NCBI RefSeq assembly: GCF_000025685.1
Contig: NC_013967.1
Location: 2,010,001 to 2,042,000, forward strand
From: Haloferax volcanii DS2
GTDB lineage: Archaea > Halobacteriota > Halobacteria > Halobacteriales > Haloferacaceae
Length of the DNA stretch: 32,000 nucleotides
Direction: 5' to 3'
Shown here piece after piece: positions 1-5,967 of this stretch. Below the pieces are notes generated by a model. That model saw nothing but the letters and a program-made list of their open reading frames with translations, made no database searches and was not told the DNA's origin. The number at the start of each line of letters is the position of its first letter. The stretch's first letter is position 1. The position numbers and the translations under genes were made by a program.

Positions 1-1830
1 GTTGATGAGCGGGAGGTTGATGAAGAAGCCGAGCACGCCCGCGCCGACGAAGTTCCAGACGCCGCTGGCGACGATGAACATGAACGGCAGGCGGTACGGG
101 AACGACTCGCCCGACATCGCGCGGTACTGCCCGAGCGCCTCGTAGAGGATGAACACCAGCGGGATGAGTTCGAGCGTCGAGAAGACGCTCCCGATGGGCA
201 CCCACATGTCGGGCATGCCGACCCACCAGTAGTGGTGCGAGACGCCGATGATGCCCGTCCCCATGACGAGCAGCGCCTGGAGCATGACGGCCTTCTCTGC
301 GCTCCGGCGGGACAGCAGGTTCATCGACACCAGCGTCAGGCCGACGATGGCGACGATGAAGAACTCGAACGCCCCCTCGACCCACATGTGGACGACCCAC
401 CAGCGCCAGAACTCCGTGACGGCGATGTTCGTCTCGGGGGTAAAGAGGAAACCCGCGGTGAACAGGAGGGCGATGGAGCCGCCGGCGTACAGAATCATGT
501 GCGCCAGTCCGTACGGCGGTTCCTTGTCGAGAAGCGGTTTCAGGCCGCGGACGGCCAGTCCCGCCCAGATGAGGAAGCCGGCGAGGATGCCGAACTGCCA
601 GAGCTTCCCGACTTCGAGGTATTCGAGCCCCTCGTTGCCGAGAATCCACCACAGCGAGCCGTCGATGTAGCCGTTCGCGCCCAGCCAGATGCCCGACAGG
701 CCGCCGACCACGACGACGACGATAGCGCCGAGGAGGACGTTGATGTACCTCGACTGCTTCGGCGGTTCGTAGCCGGTCAGAAGCGGCGGGAGGAACAGCC
801 CCGCGCCGAGCCACGTCGCGGCTATCCAGAGGATACCGAGGTCGATGTGCCACGTCTTGGCGATGGCGAACGGGAGCAGTTGCAGGATGGGCACGCCGAA
901 TAGCGACTCGATGCCGAAGAAGCCGGCGCGCTCGATGTAGAAGTGCGCGAGCAGACCGCCCAACAGCACCTGCGCCAAGAACAACCCGGCGGCGACCGGG
1001 ATGAACCGGAGCGCCGCCCGCTGGCTCGGGAAGACGCTCACGTCGCCCGGTTCGGGCACCGTGATGTCCTCGGCCGACGGCTCGGGGAGTTCGACCGACT
1101 TGTACAGCCAGATGCCGAGGCCCGCCCCCGCGACGAGAAGCACCATGGCGACGACGCTCCACGTCATCGAGGCGGCGGTGGCGTCGTTCCCCGCGCCGGG
1201 CTGGTACGGCCAGTCGTTCGTGTACGAGTGGGTGCCGTCGGGGCGGTCGGTGTGAGAGAACCACGCCGTCCACATGGCGAAGTCCGCGAACGCCCGCGCC
1301 TCCTCCTCGGAGTCGATCATGTTTACGGGCACGCCGCGCTCGTGGTCGCCCTCGTGGTAGCGCTCGACGTACTCCTGTCGAACCTGCTCGTGGGCGTAGA
1401 CCTCGGCCGCAGTGTACCGAATCACGCCGCCCTCGTAGCTGTCGTCGAGGTCGGATTTCACCACGTCGGCGACGGCCGCTTGGTCTGCGGAGTCGAGTTC
1501 GTCGTAGGGTTCACCGTAGCGCTCTTGGGCGTAGTAGTTCCGCATGAACCCGACTTTCAAATCCAGCGCGTCGGCGGTGTAGTCCGCGCCGTAGTACGCG
1601 CCGTTGCCCAGTATCGACCCGTGGTTCATCAGGCCGTCTCTCTGGAACACCGTCTTGCCCTCTCGAATCACGTCGCCGTTGGCGACGACGTCACCGTCGG
1701 GTCCGACCACCTCGTCGGGGATGGGTGGGGCCTCCTGATAGGCGAACCACGCGCCCGCACCCATCACGACGAGGTTGAAGACGAACACGACGACGATTGC
1801 CTTCGCGATGGTCTTGCGTTGTATCTCCAT
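1..1830 (-). CDS. norZ: Quinol-dependent nitric oxide reductase (single-subunit qNOR, NorZ/NorB type). First 610 codons only; the C-terminus runs off the left window edge.
   Basis: The reverse-strand frame is open from ATG at 1830-1828 to position 1. It is missing from the ORF track because it has no in-window stop. My translation begins MEIQRKTIAKAIVVVFVFNLVVMGAG. After TM1 comes the long soluble extension typical of qNOR (GKTVFQRDGLMNHGSILGNGAYYGADYTADAL), then heme-copper-oxidase-like helices (EFWRWWVVHMWVEGAFEFF; GVSHHYWWVGMP). Plus-strand ORFs 232-903 and 943-2268 (5' part) are antisense artefacts. Confidence 0.9.
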   Translation of the reverse strand, partial: MEIQRKTIAKAIVVVFVFNLVVMGAGAWFAYQEAPPIPDEVVGPDGDVVANGDVIREGKTVFQRDGLMNHGSILGNGAYYGADYTADALDLKVGFMRNYYAQERYGEPYDELDSADQAAVADVVKSDLDDSYEGGVIRYTAAEVYAHEQVRQEYVERYHEGDHERGVPVNMIDSEEEARAFADFAMWTAWFSHTDRPDGTHSYTNDWPYQPGAGNDATAASMTWSVVAMVLLVAGAGLGIWLYKSVELPEPSAEDITVPEPGDVSVFPSQRAALRFIPVAAGLFLAQVLLGGLLAHFYIERAGFFGIESLFGVPILQLLPFAIAKTWHIDLGILWIAATWLGAGLFLPPLLTGYEPPKQSRYINVLLGAIVVVVVGGLSGIWLGANGYIDGSLWWILGNEGLEYLEVGKLWQFGILAGFLIWAGLAVRGLKPLLDKEPPYGLAHMILYAGGSIALLFTAGFLFTPETNIAVTEFWRWWVVHMWVEGAFEFFIVAIVGLTLVSMNLLSRRSAEKAVMLQALLVMGTGIIGVSHHYWWVGMPDMWVPIGSVFSTLELIPLVFILYEALGQYRAMSGESFPYRLPFMFIVASGVWNFVGAGVLGFFINLPLIN

Positions 1831-1896
1831 ACACGTCGTGGTTCACACGCCTGCAATAGGCTCTACACGCCGCTTCCCGGCCTCGCACAGCTCGGA

Positions 1897-1908
1897 CGAA
1901 CATGTTCG
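1897..1908. promoter_or_regulatory. Palindrome CGAACATGTTCG, copy 1, between divergent norZ and the CGCGG-protein gene. Candidate operator.
   Basis: Perfect 12-bp inverted repeat read directly from the sequence. Its centre is 72.5 nt from the norZ ATG and 45.5 nt from the ATG at 1948. Identical copies lie at 4643-4654 and 5890-5901. Confidence 0.6.
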
Positions 1909-1947
1909 GATAGGCTCTTTGAGCCGGACGCCGTTCCTCGAAGCGTA

Positions 1948-2268
1948 ATGACGACCGATTCGCGACCCGCGGCCCACGACCACGACACGCCCGACACGGC
2001 GACCGACCGCGTCCACGACACCTCGTGGTCCGCGAACCTCGAACTCCCGCGACACGCCGCCGACCGCGACCTCGTCGTTGCGGAGGCGGTCGCCGCTGTC
2101 GAACACACGACCGCCGGCCACCACGTCAACCTCGTCACCCACGGCGACCACGGCCACCCGGAGACGTACCTGTACGACGCGCTCGCGGAACGGTTCGACG
2201 GCGTGGCGTACGAGTACGTCGAACAGTGCGGCTGCGGCGGGCACGTGACGCGGGTGTACGTGGAATAG
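1948..2268 (+). CDS. Small His-rich acidic protein (106 aa) with a C-terminal CGCGGH motif. Possibly a member of the CGCGG family.
   Basis: This is the ATG-initiated 3' part of track ORF 943-2268: MTTDSRPAAHDHDTPDTATDRVHDTSW...HVNLVTHGDHGHPETYLYDALAERFDGVAYEYVEQCGCGGHVTRVYVE. It has very high GC3 and an acidic composition typical of real haloarchaeal genes. A TATA-like GGCTCTTT box lies about 30 nt upstream. The family name is recalled from memory and not verified. Confidence 0.65.
   Translation: MTTDSRPAAHDHDTPDTATDRVHDTSWSANLELPRHAADRDLVVAEAVAAVEHTTAGHHVNLVTHGDHGHPETYLYDALAERFDGVAYEYVEQCGCGGHVTRVYVE
2047..2096 (+). repeat. 50-bp direct repeat, copy 1 (inside the CGCGG-protein CDS)
   Basis: ccgcgacacgccgccgaccgcgacctcgtcgttgcggaggcggtcgccgc matches 3057-3106 at 46/50 positions. 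The four differences are all transitions. A 31-nt block (2066-2096) is identical. Confidence 0.9.
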
Positions 2269-2302
2269 TCTCGGTCTCGTGCTCGAACGTCGAGACCGGT
2301 GT

Positions 2303-2953
2303 CTACACTCGCGGCGAGTCGGTGTCTAGCTCCCCCGACGAGTCCGGGGTTTCAGCGGTTCCGTCGCCGGCATCCGTTCCGGCGAAGAAGTCGAACGCCA
2401 GTTCGCCGTCGAGGACGTGCGTGTGCTCGAACGTCCCCGTCTCGACGAGTTCCACGGTACTATCGACGACGAGTCTGCGGGCCGAGTCCGGCCATTCGGT
2501 GACCGCGAAGTTGATGAACGCGATCTCGTCGGCGAGCTCGCCGAACCGGTGGACCTCGAAGACTGTGGCCGTATCGTCTCGGAACAGCGACACGGACGGG
2601 TGAGGCTCGTGGCCTCCCTCGAACGGCCCGTGGAGTGAGAGTTTCGGCGGAGACCCGTCGCCGTCCGGTGCCGCGAACCGCTGTGTGAGCGACCGGAGTT
2701 CGGTGTCGTCTGTATGCGAAATCGAGACGGCGAGCGGCCTCGGAAGGGGGCCGGAAGTGGGGTCGACGCCCACGGTGGCGAGGTCTCCGTCGTCTCCGGC
2801 CCCGAATTTGAGGTATTTTCCCCTGTCTCGGTGGTTGTCGTCGGTCTCGACTACCGGGTCCGTGTGTTCGGTTTGCGGGCCGAGAGAGCTACATCCTGCG
2901 GTCAGGGTGGTGGCTGCGGTCAGGGCGGACGCGAGAAACGCGCGACGGCGCAT
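2303..2953 (-). CDS. Tat-dependent lipoprotein of unknown function (216 aa)
   Basis: Internal ATG of track ORF 2303-3154. MRRRAFLASALTAATTLTAGCSS combines a twin-arginine motif, a hydrophobic stretch and an LTAGC lipobox. The mature part is acidic and His-containing. The upstream 67 codons of the track ORF are Arg/Ser-rich and implausible as coding sequence. Confidence 0.75.
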   Translation of the reverse strand: MRRRAFLASALTAATTLTAGCSSLGPQTEHTDPVVETDDNHRDRGKYLKFGAGDDGDLATVGVDPTSGPLPRPLAVSISHTDDTELRSLTQRFAAPDGDGSPPKLSLHGPFEGGHEPHPSVSLFRDDTATVFEVHRFGELADEIAFINFAVTEWPDSARRLVVDSTVELVETGTFEHTHVLDGELAFDFFAGTDAGDGTAETPDSSGELDTDSPRV

Positions 2954-3056
2954 ACGTAGCAACACACCGGAGTCAGTAACAATGTTCTGGACCGGTGACA
3001 CGCGCTGTGAGTGCTTCGGCAGCGTCCCAGTTCTGTTCGCTGTCGTCCGGTCACAA

Positions 3057-3106
3057 CCGCGGCACACCGCTGACTGCGACCTCGTCGTTGCGGAGGCGGT
3101 CGCCGC
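3057..3106 (+). repeat. 50-bp direct repeat, copy 2 (intergenic, between the lipoprotein gene and the XapX-like gene)
   Basis: ccgcggcacaccgctgactgcgacctcgtcgttgcggaggcggtcgccgc lies exactly 1010 bp downstream of copy 1, in the same orientation. It ends 20 nt before the TATA-like box at 3126-3133. Confidence 0.9.
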
Positions 3107-3125
3107 GCTCGCGTCGATGCTGTAC

Positions 3126-3133
3126 CTATTTAT
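3126..3133 (+). promoter_or_regulatory. TATA-like box (CTATTTAT) for the XapX-like gene
   Basis: AT-rich octamer centred about 27 nt upstream of the ATG at 3157. This is the expected geometry for a leaderless haloarchaeal transcript. Confidence 0.4.
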
Positions 3134-3156
3134 CGGGGAACGCGGATGACTCACCT

Positions 3157-3354
3157 ATGGCCTCGCAACTCGTTTTGGCCCTGCTGGCAGGCGTCTTCGC
3201 CGGAGCCCTGTTCGGCCTCATAGAAACACCGATTCCGGCCCCGCCCAACCTCGCCGGGATACTGGGTATCGTCGGCATCTACCTCGGATACAAGGGCGTC
3301 CAGCGGTTGGGGTTCCACGTCGATATCTCGGGGGTGCTCGCGTCGCTGTTCTGA
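3157..3354 (+). CDS. Small membrane protein (65 aa), XapX-domain-like
   Basis: MASQLVLALLAGVFAGALFGLIETPIPAPPNLAGILGIVGIYLGYKG has two hydrophobic segments around a P-x-P-A-P-P turn. By eye this resembles XapX/DUF1427 mini-proteins. It starts at an internal ATG of track ORF 2995-3354, and a TATA-like box sits at -27. Confidence 0.6.
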   Translation: MASQLVLALLAGVFAGALFGLIETPIPAPPNLAGILGIVGIYLGYKGVQRLGFHVDISGVLASLF

Positions 3355-3418
3355 GCGCGCAGTTCGAGAAAAACAGTTCGGCCCGACACTGAAACCCCCG
3401 ACTCCTTCCGCGGACGAG

Positions 3419-4540
3419 TTACTCCGACTTCCCCTTCGGATACGTCTCACCCGCTGACTCGCCGCCCTCGCCCTTGAGCCATATGAACGCGCCGAACAGC
3501 GCGGGTGACGCCAGCATCGCGCCGAACGTCCCGGCCAGCGCGATGCCGCCGAGGCGCTCGGTCCCGGGGTCACCGAACGGTTCGGCCACCTGCGCGTTCG
3601 ACCCGCCCTCGTCGTCGGTGACGACGACTGCCCCTTTCATGCCGAGCGTCTTGTGCGGCGTGCAGGCGTAGGTGTACGTCCCGGCCTCCTCGAAGGTGTG
3701 TTCGAACGTGTGGTCGCCGGCGCTGACGAGGTCGGATTCGAAGCTCCCGTCCTCGGCGGCGACGTTGTGCGACCCGCCCTCGCCGGTCCACGTCCACGCG
3801 ACAGTCGTCCCCTTCGAGACGCGAATCGCCGCGGGGCCGAAGCCGAACGCCCCGCCGTTGGCCTGCGACCCGACCTCGACCGTCACGCGCTGGAGGCCGG
3901 TCTGCGCCTCCACGCCGTCGAAGTTCGAGGTGTTTTCGAACCACGCGTCGAGGTCCGCGTCTCCCTCGCCGGCGCTCTCGGTGGACTCCGACTCGCCCTC
4001 GCCGGCCGAGTCGGTCGAGTCGGTCGAGCCGGTCGAGCCGGCTGCCTCGGTCGCGGTCGCGCCGCCGACGTCGCCGACGACGATTGCACCCTTCATGCCG
4101 AGCGTCTTGTGCGGCGTGCAGACGTAGGTGTAAACGCCGGTCGAATCGAACGTCCGCTCGAACGTGTGGCCGCTGTCGCCGACGAGGTCGGACTCGAAGC
4201 TCCCGTCCTCGGCGGCGACGTTGTGCGACCCGCCCTTCCCGGACCACTCCCAAACGACGGTCGTGCCGGGGTCGACGCGCACGGCGGCCGGGCCGAACCC
4301 GAACGCCCCGCCGTTGGCCTGTGACCCCACCGTCACCGTCACCGTCGAGCGTCCCGTCTCGTCCACCACCCCGTCGTAGTTCGAGGTCTGTGCGAACCAC
4401 GAGTCGAGGTCGGACCCCGACTGCGCTCGTGCGGAATCGGTGATGCCTCCCAGCGCGGTCGTAGAGACGGCCGCGCCGCCGAGGAGTCGAAGTACGGTTC
4501 GCCGGCCGAGCGTCGGAGATGTGGTGTCGTTCGAACTCAT
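3419..4540 (-). CDS. Halocyanin (blue copper protein) with two tandem cupredoxin domains, a Tat signal and a C-terminal TM anchor
   Basis: 373 aa. The N-terminus GRRTVLRLLGGAAVSTTALGG is a Tat signal. There are two ~114-aa repeats, each carrying GGSHNVAAEDGSFES and Y(V/A)CTPHKTLGMKG (type-1 Cu ligands His, Cys, His, Met). A hydrophobic C-terminal segment LGGIALAGTFGAMLASPALFGAFIWL follows. Confidence 0.92.
   Translation of the reverse strand: MSSNDTTSPTLGRRTVLRLLGGAAVSTTALGGITDSARAQSGSDLDSWFAQTSNYDGVVDETGRSTVTVTVGSQANGGAFGFGPAAVRVDPGTTVVWEWSGKGGSHNVAAEDGSFESDLVGDSGHTFERTFDSTGVYTYVCTPHKTLGMKGAIVVGDVGGATATEAAGSTGSTDSTDSAGEGESESTESAGEGDADLDAWFENTSNFDGVEAQTGLQRVTVEVGSQANGGAFGFGPAAIRVSKGTTVAWTWTGEGGSHNVAAEDGSFESDLVSAGDHTFEHTFEEAGTYTYACTPHKTLGMKGAVVVTDDEGGSNAQVAEPFGDPGTERLGGIALAGTFGAMLASPALFGAFIWLKGEGGESAGETYPKGKSE
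3614..4411 (-). repeat. Intragenic tandem duplication: two cupredoxin modules (4070-4411 and 3614-3955) separated by an acidic Ser/Thr/Gly/Glu linker
   Basis: Residues 44-157 and 196-309 of the halocyanin align without gaps (DLDSWFAQTSNYDGV... against DLDAWFENTSNFDGV...), with long identical stretches such as GSQANGGAFGFGPAA and GGSHNVAAEDGSFESDLV. Confidence 0.9.
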
Positions 4541-4641
4541 GATTGAGGATGGCGAGGCGGTGGACCCGCCCCGCTCGACACTCGACGGTCGGGGGTCCGG
4601 TGAAAAGCCCGTCTCGGTGGTTCTCGAACCGCGGCCGGAAG

Positions 4642-4655
4642 CCGAACATGTTCGG
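4642..4655. promoter_or_regulatory. Palindrome CCGAACATGTTCGG (core CGAACATGTTCG), copy 2, between the divergent halocyanin and HTH_10 regulator genes
   Basis: Perfect 14-bp inverted repeat. Its centre is 48.5 nt from the ATG at 4697 and 108.5 nt from the halocyanin ATG at 4540. Confidence 0.6.
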
Positions 4656-4696
4656 AACTATCTTTGTGCGGCGGGGACGACTTCGTTTCACTACCG

Positions 4697-5338
4697 ATGC
4701 CCCGGGCAACACTCTCCATCACGCTCCCCGAGCAGGTCTGGGTCTCCGACCTCTCGGGCCGCTATCCGGACGCCGAGTTCACCGTGCTCGCGGCGATGCC
4801 GGCCGACGAGACGGGCGTCGGCCTCGTCGAGATACGAGCGGCCGACATCGAACCCGTCGTCACCACCATCGACGAGTACGAGTCGGTCGTCTCGGTGACG
4901 ATTCTCGAAGCGCAGCCGGAGCGCGCGCTCGTGCAGTTCGAGACGACCGAGCCGCTGTTGATTCTCACGCTCAGCGAGGTGGGAATCCCGCTGGAACTGC
5001 CCATCACCATCGTCGACGGCGAGGTGACAGTCGAGGTGACTGCGCCGCGGGAGAACCTCTCGGAGTTGGGCGAACAGCTCACGCAGTTCGGCATCCCGTT
5101 CGACCTCGTCTCCATCCACCAGTCGATAGACACGGAGTCGCTTCTCACCGACGACCAGTACGACCTCCTCGAAACGGCCGTCTCCGAGGGCTACTACGAC
5201 ACGCCGAGGACGTGCACGCTCACCGAACTCGCCGAGGCCGTGGGGCTGGCGAAGTCGACGACGAGCGAGAAGCTCCACCGGGCGGAGGGCAAAGTGATGA
5301 AGGCGTTTCTCGCGCGGGACGACGCGACGGTCGGGTAG
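4697..5338 (+). CDS. HTH_10 (bacterio-opsin-activator-type C-terminal HTH) transcription regulator
   Basis: The C-terminus LTDDQYDLLETAVSEGYYDTPRTCTLTELAEAVGLAKSTTSEKLHRAEGKVM matches the haloarchaeal HTH_10 pattern. I chose the ATG start (MPRATLSITLPEQVW) over the TTG start used by track ORF 4664-5338. Confidence 0.85.
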   Translation: MPRATLSITLPEQVWVSDLSGRYPDAEFTVLAAMPADETGVGLVEIRAADIEPVVTTIDEYESVVSVTILEAQPERALVQFETTEPLLILTLSEVGIPLELPITIVDGEVTVEVTAPRENLSELGEQLTQFGIPFDLVSIHQSIDTESLLTDDQYDLLETAVSEGYYDTPRTCTLTELAEAVGLAKSTTSEKLHRAEGKVMKAFLARDDATVG

Positions 5339-5341
5339 GTC

Positions 5342-5710
5342 TCAGTCGTCGGCTTGGTCGCTGACGGCCGACCACATCGTCGAGAGCTGGTCCGAGGCCG
5401 ACCGCGACGGCGACGACACCGAAAGCGAGAGGTCGCCGGGTTCGCGCGTCACGACGACCTCCTCGAAGCCGAGCGCGTAGCGGGCGGCGTCGCGGCCGCG
5501 GTCGCGTTTTTCGAGGAGCCCCGCCTCGACCATCTGTTCGAGCTTTCGGTACACCGTCGACCGCGGGAGGTCGCACGCGGCGGCGATGTCCGAGGCGGTC
5601 ATCGGCCCGTCGAGCCGCCTGAGGACCGCCCGACACTGCGGGCTGGTGAGGGCGGCGAACACCGTCTCGAAGTCCGGTTCGAGCGCGTCTGAGAGAGGAT
5701 TGGTCGACAT
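5342..5710 (-). CDS. ArsR-like winged-helix transcription regulator (122 aa)
   Basis: Internal ATG of track ORF 5342-6028: MSTNPLSDALEPDFETVFAALTSPQCRAVLRRLDGPMTASDIAAACDLPRSTVYRKLEQMVEAGLLEKRDRG. This shows the wHTH pattern (LxxPxRxxIL...S.STVxxHLxxLxxAGL-like). The upstream 106 codons of the track ORF are Arg-rich and cross the promoter region. Confidence 0.8.
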   Translation of the reverse strand: MSTNPLSDALEPDFETVFAALTSPQCRAVLRRLDGPMTASDIAAACDLPRSTVYRKLEQMVEAGLLEKRDRGRDAARYALGFEEVVVTREPGDLSLSVSSPSRSASDQLSTMWSAVSDQADD

Positions 5711-5888
5711 CTGCGTGAGAGTGGATTGCTCGGCGGCGACCCGCGCGCCGTCGGTTCGATTCCCGATACACCTCCGGGGCGTATGAAAGTCGTGGGGCAC
5801 CAGCGTCGGTGCGGTCGAACCGATGGCCGTCGATTCTGACTGGTACGCCCGACTCGACTGTTTTCCCGCCCGGTACGTATCGACCATG

Positions 5889-5902
5889 CCGAACATGTTC
5901 GG
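5889..5902. promoter_or_regulatory. Palindrome CCGAACATGTTCGG, copy 3, upstream of the two-domain multicopper oxidase gene
   Basis: Perfect 14-bp inverted repeat. Its centre is 72.5 nt from the ATG at 5968, the same distance as copy 1 from the norZ ATG. Confidence 0.6.
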
Positions 5903-5967
5903 TGAACTCCTGTGCGTCGGGAACCGGCGAGACCGTATTCCATACCCCCGGACAACGACCGACCGTA

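Noticed and set aside
943-2268. 441-aa plus-strand ORF spanning the norZ 5' region and the intergenic region
   Set aside because: For most of its length it is antisense to the well-supported qNOR frame. Its composition is Arg/Gly/Val/His-rich and low-complexity. Only the last 106 codons (from ATG 1948) look like a real gene.
2977-2987. Degenerate palindrome-like TAACAATGTTC upstream of the Tat-lipoprotein gene
   Set aside because: It has one mismatch plus an odd central base relative to GAACATGTTC. This is too weak to call without comparative data.
3570-4712. 380-aa minus-strand ORF and plus-strand ORFs 3653-4324, 3672-4127 and 4084-4443 overlapping the halocyanin gene
   Set aside because: These are alternative frames or the opposite strand of the halocyanin CDS. 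They are Arg/Pro-rich nonsense, whereas frame 3419-4540 carries two complete cupredoxin ligand sets.
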